DNA of 64,000 nucleotides from the human T2T-CHM13v2.0 reference genome, Homo sapiens. The DNA is taken from the NCBI RefSeq assembly GCF_009914755.1, contig NC_060927.1. The stretch is one strand, 5' to 3'. Of this stretch, positions 16,057 through 31,685 are shown in pieces (within the stretch, counting starts at the first letter, position 1; every line of letters starts with the position of its first letter). The notes beneath the pieces are model-generated. The model did no database searches and had not been told where the DNA came from. It worked only from the letters and a program-made list of their open reading frames with translations. A program made the translations under genes and the position numbers.

Positions 16057-16956
16057 AGTTTGTTTTAATTTATGATCATTACCTCCTTGAAAAATGCATA
16101 AAAGCGTTGTTTCATGTGAATTTTGACTTTGCTTTTCATAAAATAAGTTATTTGAAAACCTAACACGTGGGGCTTTACAAGCAACAATTTTCAGTGTTTT
16201 TAAAGCACAGGAGTTTCTGGTATGGAAAAGTGTATTGTTTGAAATGTTTTCAATTGTCCATTAGAAAGGTTTTTAAAAAGTTTTATCAGACATAGAACTA
16301 CTTCTGTTTTTTTATGTTAGAACATTATATATTTGTATAATACCTCAAAGATTGGCTCCAGCATGTTCACTTGTCTTTTCTTCACCTGGTAATAATACTA
16401 ACACATTTTCGACAACCAAAGTTTGATAAATTTAATGTGTGTTTTCTTTTTTACCCCAATATTTCCTTCTTGATGATTGTTTTCAAGTAATTCATTCTCA
16501 AGAAAACTAAAGCTCCACAGGAAAATAACATAAACAGTTCTAAAAATTGTAATTGTACTTTTCATTTTGCTTAAGAAAGAAAATGAAGAGATACTTAGAC
16601 TAGAAATTATGACTCTGGGCTTCTTGTTTGTCACTGGCTCACTAAATGACCATAGGTTCTTTATGTTATTGTTACATCTCTCTCCAGCTTTCTGTTCCCT
16701 CCTTGCTTTGTAAGGTTTTAGGCAATAAGATCGTATTTGAAGTTGTTTAAACTCTGGGAGAAGATCAGTACTCAGAACCAACTTACTGACTATTATAATG
16801 CATGAATTCCAGATGATTGTGAATGTGGTCCTCTATGTCAGCGTCTTCAAAAGTATGTCTTAATATGTCTCTTCCCTTGTGTGTGTATTCGTGAAATACG
16901 TCACACGTGTGCGTAGTTTGTTTCTGACATGGCTTCATTTTTCTCCATCTCTCCAG

Positions 16957-17010
16957 TGCCCCTTCCCATCCAGAAGGTCTCAGCACACTGATGATAGTGC
17001 CTTGTGCATG
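16957..17010 (+). CDS. LRCH3: LRCH3 coding exon (CPFPSRRSQHTDDSALCM)
   Basis: Pyrimidine tract + ctccag acceptor; ATG|gtaaga donor; 54 nt, phase 0-0. Confidence 0.85.
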
Positions 17011-18984
17011 GTAAGAGTTTTGCACAAAACGGAGTTTCGCATTTCTGTGTTTAGAGATTGTACTTTTTATTCAGAAACTATCTAAATACCATAAAACATG
17101 ATGAACATCATTACTAAATGCTTTATGAAGAACTAAACCATTTTCCCACATGACCATTTGTGATTGACCCAGTGTTTCAAAGTTCTGCAGCTCATATCTT
17201 TGTCAGTGCCACCGAAAGGAAAACATTTGCCTTGAGAACCATATTGGCTTTGTGTGTGCTGGGAATGGAGGCATAACATAATATTCATGTTTTAAATGTG
17301 TCTAATTCCAGGAGCACTTACTTTATTAATCATTAATTTGGCTCATGGGTCACCTATATGTTAAGGTGACTCATGACACTGATTGCACAGCTGTATATTT
17401 GGCATCCAATTTTATGATGTATTTTCAGCTACTGAAAATCCTTCACTTTGGTTTTAAATACTTACAGCTCAAGATTATTCCTTCATGTTCACTTTTTAAA
17501 CCCAAGGAAACATTAACTGCTGATCGTGTTGAACACTGGCTTACTTTTATTGCCTGTTTCATCAGCTCAAAATGAGTATAAGATGGAAGGTTTATTTAAC
17601 ATCTTATTAGCCTTGCGAAAGAATTCTAACCATTTCTAGAATTTCTTTCCCCATCATGTTTTATGTGATTGTTTTCATAGTAGTACGTTCAGAGGTCTAG
17701 TGCCTACAGTGCTAGTAACTGCTGCCAGGGTGCATCCTGCTGCGTGAGCTGCATGCCTCAGCATGACATTCCTGTTACATCAGCTTCCGTGGTCTGTTCG
17801 CATTGCTGTGTATTCCACAACCTTCATTTCCTTTGAGATGGATAAAGCACCTTTTAACTGGGCGGTCTTATAGGTGAATACAATCATCACACTCTAGAGT
17901 TTTAGTTTAAGTGAATTGGCCTAAGAAGCGAATAATAAGTTAAAAATGTAGACAAATATTGAGAGCCTCCGACGATCCAAACACTTACCAAAATTATCTC
18001 ATTTACTCCTCGCAGCAACCTTAAGAGTGAAGGTTAAACTTATCACCTTTTTACAAATGATTACTGAGGCCCAGAATGTGACTTGTCCAATGTCGCATAG
18101 ACAGTAAGTGCAAGGCTGGGAATCCACATCTGTCTGGCTGATGGGAGAACCTGCATTAAACACCATACTGAAACTGAAAACCGTTTAGGAAACCGAAGGT
18201 TTAATAACACATGGAATAAGTGGTATAAGTCTGAGTGCCAAGACTTTTTTGTCAACAAAACAGTGGAATTTAGAAAAACAACAACAGCAAAATCCCCTTA
18301 GTGCGTAACTTGAAATTCCCTTCGGCCGTTTGTCAAAACACACTCACTTAAGTCTTAGTTCTCAGTATTCATATCTGATCCTCCAAATTAGACGGCCTTT
18401 AAAACACATCTCACATTTCTTTGTCTGCCAAATAGTGTCCAACCAACACTGTGCAAAAAGAGTCGTATTTTAAATAAAACCTCATATTATCAAAACTGTG
18501 CTTCAGAAGGCTCCCGTTGCTTAGAGTGAAGTCCGAACGTGGCCTCGAAGCTCCCTCGTGCTCTACTGCCTCCCTCTCCAGTCTCCTCTCTGGGCTTGTG
18601 CCATACCAGCATTGTTTCCAGCTCTTCAAATATCATAAGCCCTTTCCCATCTCAGACCTTTGCAAATGCTGTTTCTTTTACATAGAATGCCTTTCCCTCC
18701 CTGCATGTACCCCTTGATTAATTCCTACTCACCTATCAGGTATTTGTTTAAATGTTCCATCTTTAACATGACTTTTCGGCAGCCCACCACCCTTAAATCA
18801 GCCCACAGTTTGACAGTTAAATAAACTGACAGGAGCTCCAGTGCGTTTGATGAAAAGGAGGCCCGGGAAGTATACATAGTGTATTACTGTTGTCACGGTA
18901 ATTTTTTTATCATGGTAGTTTTATTTGGGTGTTTATTATTTTATTTTGTATTTTTAAATTTAATTTTATTCTTTATTTTTATTT

Positions 18985-19252
18985 ATTTATTTAATTATTT
19001 TGAGACAGAGTCTCCCTCTGTTGCCGAGGCTGGAGTGCAGTGGCATGAACATGGTTCCTTGAAGCATCAGCCTCTTGAGTAGCTGGGACTACAGGTGCAT
19101 GCACCACACGTGGCTAATTTTTTTATTTTTTTGTAGAGTCAGGGTCTCACTGTGTTGCCCAGGCTGGTCTCTAACTCCAGGGCTCAAGCAATCCTCCTGC
19201 CCCAGCCTCCCAAAGTGCTGAGATTACAGGCATGAGCCACCGTGCCCAGCTT
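18985..19252 (-). mobile_element. AluJ element
   Basis: Antisense Alu with (TTTA)n tail and an internal deletion. Confidence 0.88.
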
Positions 19253-19546
19253 GTTTATTCTTTTATTATCTCTTTTCTGTTGGACTACTAGACTATAAGC
19301 TTCATGAACACAAGGATATTCTATTTTGTCTTAATGTACCTTAATACACTCCATCCCTACCACAGTTCCTGGGATATATTAGGTGCTCAGTAAATATTTC
19401 CTGAATGAACATATAAATTCTGTGCATCTACTGATTATTAAATTGTTTTGTGATGAAAAGGTCTGATGAACGATATCATAAGGTAAATGCTGAATTTGAT
19501 TTAAAGACCTTGAAACTTACGATTTGAAATGAAGATTTATAACAGC

Positions 19547-20153
19547 TAATATCAGTTTACACTGACATTGTCTTCGGGCTGCCCCTCAAGCTTCTATTAA
19601 TATCAGTTTACACTGACATTCTCTTCGGGCTACCCCTCAAGCTCCTGTTAATATCAGTTACACTGACATTATCTTTGGGCTACCCCTCAAGCTCCTGTTA
19701 ACATCAGTTTACACTGACATTGTCTTCGGGCTACCTCTCAAGCTCCTGTTAATATCAGTTTACACTGACATTGTCTTCGGGCTACCCCTCAAGCCCCTGT
19801 TAATATCAGTTACACTGACATTCTCTTCCGGCTACCCCTCAAGCTCCTGTTAATATCAGTTTACACTGACATTGTCTTCGGGCTACCCCTCAAGCTCCTG
19901 TTAATATCAGTTTACACTGACATTGTCTTCGGGCTACCCCTCAAGCTCCTGTTAATATCAGTCACACTGACATTCTCTTCCGGCTACCCCTCAAGCTCCT
20001 GTTAATATCAGTTTACACTGACATTGTCTTCGTTCTGCCCCTCAAGCTCCTGCTAGTATCAGTTACACTGAGATTCTCTTCAGGCTACCCCTCAAGCTCC
20101 TGCTAGTATCAGTTACACTGACATTCTCTTCGGGCTACCCCTCAAACTCCTGT
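19547..20153. repeat. Minisatellite, 50-51 bp unit x about 12 (taatatcagtttacactgacattgtcttcgggctacccctcaagctcctgt)
   Basis: Direct tandem copies without unique spacers. Confidence 0.95.
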
Positions 20154-21398
20154 TGCTTTCGTCTATATCAGGTCTCATTTTAAAAGAATATGAGGCTCAT
20201 TTTACCTCTTCTTCCTCCACTCCTAGTTTTCCTTTTTATATTTGACATTGGCAGTAGTTCCAGTACCTTTGATTAAAAAGCAGGCCCAGGAAATCTAAAC
20301 CCCAGAAGTATACACAGTGTATTACCATTGTCACAGTTTTGCTCTTTGGTATATTTTTATCTTCATTATTTGCTGCCTTAAGATAGATTTTGTGATACAT
20401 ATAATACATTGTGTGTTACATGCTGCTTTTGTTAAATAAAAATATGTTAATTCTCATTAAAAATACAGTTGTATTTATTTCATTGACCATATACATACCT
20501 TTTCCTAAACACCTGTTTGTTTTCTTGTTCATTTATCTCATAGTTTAGAAATTTATGGTCCTAGTTTAAATTTTTAAAAATTACTTATAAAGACTTCACT
20601 ATTTTTAAGCTCTTGGCATTTTGTTGTTTTAATAGGTAAAACCTTATCCAGGGCTCTTTGTGAAAGTATTGTCTTCTCTGATTTCCACTCTCCATGTGGC
20701 AAATGAGAAAAATTGTCATGTTTTGAGCACCTCTTACCTGTAATCAAAATTCTATGTAATACTTTAAATTTTTGTCTTTTTAATTGACAATAATTATATA
20801 GATACAATCTATCTCTAATACAGCTAACCAGTTGTTATGTTGGTTGGTGAAAGATAAAGGATTCGAAGAAAAGGGAAATTCCACCTTCCCCTCTTATAGT
20901 CATTAGGAGTTTCACAGAGGCAGAGATGAAATGCCGGTTCCTCCTTTAGGTTGATGCAGAATCCTCATGTCCTAATTATAATATATATAATTTGGATTAA
21001 TGTTGAAAAGATATTGTTTTTATTGATGCCAGTTCTGCTTGGTTAAAACCCCTCATCGTAGGAACAGGACTCACTAGTTTCAAGGCTACTATGCTAACAA
21101 TGTTGATGTTCTGTTTTATTTCTGCATAAAATCATTTTTCAGAAATCATGCCTCTCATTTCTTGATTAATGTGGCATGAGGTATTGAGACTATCCTGAAT
21201 TATACAAGTGGAAAAACTGTGTCCATGGGTTTTTGTCCCCCAAATATTCTCTTCCTGCCCTGTCAGTAGCTTAGTAAACCATTTGAAAGATCGTCAGTGA
21301 CCTTTCCTTTTCTCATTTCACTAGTCAGATCTGCCTGCCTGACATTTGCTAACATAAATGCTGCCTTCTGTTTCTTCTCTTTCTCATTTGAAATGTAG

Positions 21399-21470
21399 TC
21401 GCTGTCAGGGTTGAATCAAGTGGGCTGTGCTGCTACCCTGCCTCATTCTTCTGCCTTCACGCCTCTTAAG
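21399..21470 (+). CDS. LRCH3: LRCH3 coding exon (SLSGLNQVGCAATLPHSSAFTPLK), possibly a cassette exon
   Basis: Pyrimidine tract + tgtag acceptor; AAG|gtatct donor; 72 nt, phase 0-0, open. Confidence 0.8.
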
Positions 21471-21850
21471 GTATCTCTTGTTATTGTAATTCACCAGGAA
21501 GTTTGGGGAGGAGGTGGATATAAGGTCTTGAATTTTTTGGTGAATTGATCTAACAATCTGAAATATAGGATCGCATAAATATACCTGTTTATGGAACTAT
21601 TTGTTTAACATTGATTTCCCTTGAAATTTTTTGAAAGTTTTATGATGCTAGAGATAGTCATAGAGCTCACATTAATTCTTCGTATTCAGATTGTTTGATG
21701 TGTCATTCTGATTTTTTTATCAAAGGTGTTTTTCTTGTGAGTTATTATTTCACTTTGGTTAGTATATAATATTGAATTAACTCTGTTGTCTAATGTGCAT
21801 GCAAAATAATTTGAGTCCAAAAAAACTATCACTACCAAAACCTTCTACAG

Positions 21851-22056
21851 TAGGGGTCAACCAACTATGGCCCCTAGGCCACCTGTTTATAAGTAAAGCT
21901 TTATTTTTACATAGCCAGTCCCTTTTGTTTATGCATTGCCTATGGCTGCTTGCACAGTAAACAGCTGAGGTGGAATAATTGTGACCAACATCATATACCT
22001 ACAAGCCTAAAATATGTACAGTCTGGCCCTATAAGAAAAAAAATCGCAAACCCCTG
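21851..22056. mobile_element. MER58-like hAT MITE
   Basis: (c)AGGGGTC...AACTATGGCCC start and AAACCCCTG end; about 200 bp. Confidence 0.7.
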
Positions 22057-23164
22057 CTTTTTATCAGCAATAATGTCATAAGAGATGATACATTCCACCT
22101 TCTGGAAAAATTTAATCTAAACTCTAAAAATTAAGAACCTGTAGTATTTTATTTTTTGAAGGCCTCTAGGAGTGGTAATTCCATATTTGTTATCACTGGA
22201 TATGTACAAAATGATCAATAATTCTCACTGTCAAGAAGACCTTTGTCTAACTTACAACTGTCCTGCTGTGGTTTATACTTCTTTTCTTTCCAGAGTGGAG
22301 ATTTTCTAGTTATTTAGCATTTTTTAATGTAAGAATCCTTTTTTTTTTTACACAAAATACAATATTTTTTTAATGTAAGAATTTAAAAACAATTACGATG
22401 CCATCCTTAGCTTCTTCCTAAATAAACTCAGATTCTTTTACATGCCTTTCCCAGACTGTTCATCTTTAATGAATTTTCACAAGTTCTGTGCCCTCCATTC
22501 TGGCTTCATGGTCCAAACTAGAAATACATCCCTCGTTAGAGCTTGCTCATTTAGGGTGATTTTTAAATTTTTGGTCTTCATTTTGCTCAGTATCCACTGG
22601 AATTCTCAAATATTTTAGTTATACCTCTTCTATGTGTTGAGACAGGGTCCTGCTCTGTCTCCCAGGCTGGATCCTCCCTCCCTAGCCTCCTGAGTAGCTG
22701 GGAATACAGATGCGCACCACCATGCCTGGCTGACTTTTTAAGTTTTTGTAGAAACAAGGTCTCACTGTATTGCCCAGGCGGGTCTCAAACTCCTGGGCTC
22801 AAGAGATCATCCTGCCTCGGCCTCCCAAAGTGCTAGGTGTCAGCCACTGCGCCCAACCTCCTTCAACTTCTAAATGACAGTTACTTTCCACGTGTTGTAT
22901 TCTTTATTTTTTCTTGAATATTTAATTTTGCTGTTTGAATATTTTTACTTGTCTCATGTACCAGAATACTTTCAAATTGTTGCATTGAGCCAGGTACACT
23001 GGCTCACACCTGTAATCCCAGTGTTGGTAGCCCGAGGGGGAATACAATTGAGGCCAGGAACTCAAGACTGCAGTGAGCTGTGATCACACCACTGTACCCC
23101 AGCCTGGGACAGTGCAAGACTGTGTCTCTAAAAACATTAAAACCGAATTCTTGTATCATGTCCT

Positions 23165-23492
23165 TTTTTTTTTTACTTTTTAATTTTTGTGGGTACATAG
23201 TAAGTGTGTATATGGGGTTCATGAGGTATTTTGATATAGGTATACAGTGCATAATAATTATATCAGGTAAATGGGCTATCCATCACCTCAAGCATTTATC
23301 CTTTGTGTTACAAACAATCCAGTTATACTCCTTTAGTTATTTTTAAATGTACAATTAAATTATTGACTGTGATGACCATTTTGTACTATCAAATGCTGGA
23401 TCTTATTCTTTTTATTTTTTTTGGACCCATTAACTGTCCCCATTTCCTTCCCCCACCCTCCCACTACCCTTCCCAGCCTCCGGTAACCCTCA
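23165..23492 (-). mobile_element. L1MA-type 3' end (antisense)
   Basis: ttttgtgggtacatagtaagtgtgtatatgggg...cccactacccttcccagcctc. Confidence 0.7.
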
Positions 23493-24971
23493 GTTTAGTC
23501 TGTCTGCATTGTGCTTTTTTAAATGCTGACCCCAACTTTTTTTTTTTTTTTTTGAGACGGAGTTTTGCTCTTGTTGCCCAGGTTAGAGTGCAATGGCACA
23601 ATCTCGGCTCACTGCAACCTCTGCCTCCTGGGTTTAAAGCGATTCTCATGCCTCAGGCTTCCGAGTAGCTGGGATTACAGGTGCCCACCACCAAGCCCGG
23701 CTAATAACCTCAACTTTATAACAACTGTAAATCTGAGAAACCTCCTCTGGTTATTGTTGAGCATGCCCTACATACCTGGATGCCTCCTGAAAAAACTTCA
23801 TAATTCTCTTCCATGTGAACCCTTTGCTAGCCGTTCTCAACTGGGATCCTTACTGGAACAACACAGAAAATTATTTCAGCAACTTTTTTTCAAAATGATC
23901 TCAAGGAAGGTCCATAACTGGCACCATTCTAGATGTATGGGAGAGAAGTTAATTTGTTGTACTCCATGAACACCTTCGGGCATTGTGGCTTATTCAGAGT
24001 CATAACTGAGAGTTGTTTTGACTGTGCCAAAAGTTGTGTGGTCCAGACAGACCACAGTGTCTTGTTCTACAGTGACTGTCATATGAGATTAAAAATAAAA
24101 CTTCACTAGATTTAAGATAGATAAGTCTTTTTTTTCTATCCGACCTGCTGTACTGTCAAATTATTATTTTAAAAGATTTATTCTTTATTTTTTTAGTATC
24201 TCTATTACTTTCACAGCAATTATACATTATACTTATGAATTTATTTCTTTTATTGCTTAGCTAGGCTTAAAAGTTGAGTTTATATCAGTTCTGGGTTTTT
24301 TTTTCTTTCCATTGCCTCAATTCTCTAGTGAGAGATTATTTCTTAACCTTTTTTTTGCTCTCCAGTTTTCCAAGAGTTCCCAAATGTAGTTAATGGCCTC
24401 ACAGTGATTTAAGCTAATGATTTTTAGTATCCTAGAATGCAAGTCACTTAGATTTATAGCTTTAATAAAAATACATTTCAGAAACCATTTTTACACGTCT
24501 CCTCTCCTCTGGCTTTGTTTTCATCACGCCCAGTAGTATATTATCTGTTGCTGTTTCTTTCTTTTTTGTTTTCCTTTGAGACGGACTCTTGCTCTGTCGC
24601 TCAGGCTGGAGTGCAGTGGTGAGATCTCAGCTCACTACAAACCTCTGCCTCCCAGTTTCAAGTGATTCTCCTGCCTCAGCCTCCCGAGTAGCTGCGATTA
24701 CAGGCGCATGCCACCACGCCCAGCTAATTTTTGTATTTTTAGTAGAGATGGGATTTTACCGTGTTGGCCAGGCTGGTTTCAAACTCCTGACCTCAGGCAA
24801 TCTGCCCACCTCTGCCTCCCGAAGTGCTGGGATTACAGGCGTGAGCCTACTGCGCCCGGCCTGTTGCTGTTTCAAACCGAAGGAGAGAACATTCGCTGCC
24901 CTTCATTGTTGTTTCAGCTCTTCTCATCTCATAAAGTTGCCTGTTAACTTTCTCCTTTTATTCCTTAATAC

Positions 24972-25095
24972 TTTTAAATTTCTAGTCTATGTCCTGTTAA
25001 TAGGAAGTGTTTTTTAAATTTCTAGTCTATGTCCTGTTAATAAGTGTTTTTTAAATTTCTAGTCTATGTCCTGTTAATAAGTGTTTTTTAAATTT
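24972..25095. repeat. Tandem repeat, 38-41 bp x about 3 (ttttaaatttctagtctatgtcctgttaataagtgttt)
   Basis: Seen directly. Confidence 0.9.
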
Positions 25096-26710
25096 TTGAA
25101 AATATTTTTTCCTCCATTGTCTAGAATAATCTCTACCTTGAATGTTTCTCTTTTTGTATTATTGGTCCTTGAACATGTCTTTGTTTAACCAATTTTCTAC
25201 TTATTCACAACCCTGGAAAATAAACATAGTCTTTTACTTCCTTGTAAAGATATCTGGCTTTTGCCTCATTTACCTGTTCATTCCTTTTACCAGTTTCTGT
25301 TACTCTTGTTTGAATTAAATTTCTTATTTAAATTTCCATTTTTTCTCAACACCCAGAACTTAGTTTACTTGCATCTATAAACCCGATGAACGTGTCTTTT
25401 CCACTTAAGATGTGAACACACTGCCTTACGAGCTCAGCTCACTGTTTAAATCTTAGTTCTCCACCTGTGATATCAAACTAAGGAATTGTTACCAGAAAAT
25501 TGTCTCCAAGTGAGTCTTGAGAATTTTCTCAATATATGGCCTTGGTTTATTTATTTATTATTTATTTATTTATTTTTAGCAGTTAAAATTATTTGTCCTC
25601 ATTTATCTGACCCAACTGTAAGTAGCGATGTAAGAGTTCTGAAAATATTGAAACCAATGGTAGGGAAAGTATGGGAGCAGATTTGTATGTTTGTGTTAAT
25701 TTTAGAGTCATTATGTCCAGAAATGTGCCTTAGTCGTATCATAAAGTTATAATATATTTAGATTATATTTCAAGGCAATTAGATGTCAAGGCCTAAAAAA
25801 CTATTAATGTTATTCTAGCTTTTCTTTTATTTATTTATTTATTTTGAGATGGAGTCTCACTCTGTTGCCCAGGCTGGAATGCAGTGGCGCCATCTCGGCT
25901 CACTGCAACCTCCGCCTCCATGTTCAAGCGATTCTCCTGCCTCAGCCTCCCAAGTAGCTGGGACTACAGGCGCCACCACCATGCCCACCTAATTTTTGTA
26001 TTTTTAGTAGAGACGGGGTTTCACCATGTTGGCCAGGATGGTCTCAATCTCTTGACCACGTGATCCACCCACCTCAGCCTCCCAAAGTGTTGGGATTACA
26101 GATGTGGCCCATCGCGCTCGGCCTATTCTAGCTTTTCTTAACTGTACTCCCCTGCCAAGTCTTCAGCAGCTTTAACCTAGTCAACCTACATTTCTTTGTA
26201 AATTAGCTTAACTACATTTCCCTTTCTTTAGGTAAGCTTTGTAACTGTTTGGCTAGTTCTTCCTCCTTTTTACAGTTCTTTTGGTCAATGAATTGAAAAT
26301 GTCTTGGACTCAAATACTAGTGTAGAAAATATATCTATCATCTCTTAAACATCTTCTCTCCTAACCGAAATTAGGAAACCTATATTACTTTTTAAAAATA
26401 TTAAATTTTATTCTCCAGAGAAAAAAGTACTTTAGAAACTATTATGGAGAAATACTATTAGAAAATAAAATGTTGCTTTTTCTTTCTCATATATTTCCCA
26501 GTAACATTTTCTGTCTTAGGATGATCATTTTTCATAGTCTTAGGAAGAGCTTGTTAAATAATGGACTGTCTTTATATAAACACAACTAGGCCGGGCGTGG
26601 TGGCTCATGCCTATAATCCCAGCACTTTGGGAGGTCGAGGCAGGTGGATCACCTGAGGGTCGGGAGTTTGAGACCAGCCTGACCAACATGGAGAAACCCT
26701 GTCTCTACTA

Positions 26711-27231
<521 letters not shown>

Positions 27232-27987
27232 TTAATTCATTTCACCAAATCCTCATTTCTTTTTCTTCTTCTTCTTTTTTTTTTTTTTTTTCCAAAGGGG
27301 GTCAGGCCAGGCACGGTAACTCATGCCTATAATCCAGCACTTTGGGAGGCTGAGGCGGGTGCATCGCTTGAGCTCAGGAGGTTGAGACTAACCTGGCTAA
27401 CATGGCAAGACACTGTCTCTACAAAAAATGCAAAAATTAACTGGGCATGGTGATGTGTCCCTGTAGTCTCAACTACTTGGGAGGCTGAGGTAGAAGGATC
27501 ACCTGAGCCTGGGAGATCATGGCATTGCAATCTAGCCTGGGCAACAAGAGTGAGACCTTGTCTCAAAAAAAGAGAGAGAGAGGGAGAGAGAGAGTCTCCC
27601 TCTGTCACCCAGGCTGGAGTGCAGTGGCACAATCATTACTCACTGCAGTCTTTAATTCCTAGGCTCAAGCAACCCTCCCTCCTCAGCCTCTACAGGAGCA
27701 CACCACAATGCCTGACCAATTTTTTAGACGTTTTGTAGAGACAGGGTCTCACTATGTTGCCTAGGCTGGTCTCAACTCCTGCTCTCAAGTAATCCTCGCA
27801 CCTCAGCCTCCCAAAGTACTGGGATTACAGGCATGAGCCACTGCACCTGACCCAAATTCTCACCTCTAGACTTAATCGTGAAGGAGAGTTACCTGTTTTT
27901 TGTCTTTTATAATTTCAAAATTACCATAAAAGTAGAAAGTATTTCTTCTTGAATAACAATTATTGATATATGTCTGTTTCTCCACAG

Positions 27988-28036
27988 AGTGATGACAGAC
28001 CTAATGCTCTATTAAGTTCACCTGCAACAGAAACAG
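27988..28036 (+). CDS. LRCH3: LRCH3 coding exon (SDDRPNALLSSPATET), phase 0->1
   Basis: ctccacag acceptor; CAG|gtaata donor; 49 nt. Confidence 0.87.
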
Positions 28037-28676
28037 GTAATAGACACAAAGGTGCAATTAACCACATCAAGATTATAATTCTTTATTTTTTTATTTAAAA
28101 AATAATAATAAATAGAGACGAGGCCTTTCTGTGTTGACCAGGGTGGTCTCAAACTCCTGGGCTCAAGGGATCCTCCTGCCTTGTTCTCCCAAAGTGGTGG
28201 GATTACAGATGTAAGCCACAGCACCCGGCTAAGATTATAATTTTTTACCAAGATTTTCCTAAATTACTTGTTAGAGAGCTGTGGCTGCTTTTTCTGAGAT
28301 AGAAATCAGATACAGAATTGGAAACCACTGGGTTTTTTTTTTTTTTTCCCATTTTTAAATTAAATTGGTTGCTCAGCTAGTCAGCCATTTGATATGAATA
28401 AGTGAACAACAGCCGTAGGTCTGCGGGAGACTGTTCAATATGATAACATTCATTCTGCCTTTATTGATAACACCAAAAATAACATGACAATGTAAAATAC
28501 ATACAAGCGGTCCTCCTGGTTTCATGATTATTTTCTGTACCAGACTTTTCATCATTAAATAGAATTATTTTATATCATTGCCATGTTTATTTTTTACTTG
28601 TTACTTTTGTAACTTGTATGTCTGCTATTATATTTTCATCTCCTTTAATCTCATTTTATTTTTCATGCTAATTTAG

Positions 28677-28784
28677 TTCATCATTCCCCTGCATATTCTT
28701 TTCCTGCTGCTATCCAGAGAAATCAGCCTCAGCGCCCTGAAAGCTTCCTTTTCCGAGCAGGTGTCAGGGCAGAAACCAACAAAG
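28677..28784 (+). CDS. LRCH3: LRCH3 coding exon (V-HHSPAYSFPAAIQRNQPQRPESFLFRAGVRAETNK-G), symmetric phase 1-1, likely cassette
   Basis: Long pyrimidine tract, gctaat branch-like site, tttag acceptor; AAG|gtaggt donor; 108 nt. Confidence 0.85.
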
Positions 28785-29244
28785 GTAGGTGGTGGTGATT
28801 TTAAAAGCCAGGAGCGAGGGGAGGTTTACACAACGACGCTAGCTGTTAGATGGATGCTTTTAAACTTCTGCATATAGTATAAGACAAAGCTATCAGCTCG
28901 GCAAAAGCATGTGTCTGTGATCTCACTGATACTAAAGCAGGAAAATCTTATCTGAATTTGTTTGGATGAGAAAGTTTCTTAGTGCCACCTAAAAGCAGGT
29001 TATAGAGTGTTTGAACAAATAAAATGCGCTTTCGAGGCTTTAGAGAATGTTCTTTGTCTTGGTAATGAACTCTTTTTCACATTTTTCTATTGATAAAAGC
29101 TGTTTTCTTAAAACAATAATTGTTTTAAAATCTACTTTAAGTCTCATGTTCTTTTAGTTAATAATGACAAATTTCTCCCTGGTCCCCAAAGAAGTTACCT
29201 GGGAGTGGAAACAAACATTTCAAGTCAAAAATAACAACTTTTAT

Positions 29245-30642
<1,398 letters not shown>

Positions 30643-30716
30643 TCACAGTAAGATTTAAAAGTCAAACTACAGATGCACTGCTGGTGAGAGTGTAAGAAAG
30701 CATGGAAGACTGTTAT

Positions 30717-31051
30717 CAGTCAGCCTCTGTACCCACAGATTCTGTATTTATGGATTCAACCAGTCATGGACAGAAAAATCTTCAGAAACAAGACAACGAT
30801 AATAAACAATGCCACAATAAAGAAATAATACTAATTTTGAAATACAGTATAGTAACAATTTATATAGCATTTACATTGTATTAAGTATTGTAAGTAACAG
30901 AGATGATTTAAAGTATAGTATAAAGGAGGATATGCATAGTTTGTATGCAAATAATACTACATTTTATATGAGTGACTTGAGCGTCCACAAAGTTTGGTAT
31001 GAGAGAGGTGGTTTCTGGAACTAATTTCCCCTGGATACTGACGGATGACTG
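30717..31051. mobile_element. MER2-like Tigger-family MITE
   Basis: CAGTCAGCCTCTGTA...GGATACTGACGGATGACTG terminal inverted repeats and typical internal sequence. Confidence 0.75.
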
Positions 31052-31054
31052 TGT

Positions 31055-31560
31055 ACCCTATGACCAGCAGTTTTACTTTTGAGAAATATGTACACACGTG
31101 TACCAACAACGTGTACAAAAATATTCATAGCAGCATTATTCATAATAGCCTGAAACTGAATGTCCATCAAGAGAATGGATAAATGAATTGTGGTATATTT
31201 GTACAATGGAATACCATATAAGCAATGAAAATGAACCAATTCCTATATACAGCAACATGGATAAATCTCATAAACTTACCATTGATCAAAGGAAGCCAGA
31301 AGCAAAAGAATACATACAATACAGCATAATTTATACAAAGTTCAAAAATGAACCAGACCAGCCTACAGTGTTAGAAGTCAGGGTGCGGTTTTGAGCACGT
31401 TGGGTACTTATGGGCAAGGAGCATGGAAGGGGCTCCTGGGATTGGTAAGATTGCATTAAAAACCTGATTGTGTTCACTTGGTGAGGAGAATTTTTTGAGC
31501 ACTGTGCTTACGATTTGTGTATTTTTCTGTGTATTAATTTTCAATAAAAACATTTTTAAG
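31055..31560 (+). mobile_element. L1ME-type 3' fragment
   Basis: ttcatagcagcattattcataatagcc...aatggataaatgaattgtggtatat; ends with caataaaaa. Confidence 0.65.
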
Positions 31561-31685
31561 TGGATGTAATCAAACAAAAGTAGTTGAGTCAACTGGGTAA
31601 TGAACATTACATATTTTTCTATACTATTCTCTGTTGTGTATATTTGAAAATCTCCATAATAAAAACCCTTTTAAAAAGTCAATCC

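Noticed and set aside
20824-20950. Possible extra LRCH3 exon after aatacag or cttatag acceptors
   Set aside because: Early in-frame stops and no convincing donor; cannot be supported without RNA data.
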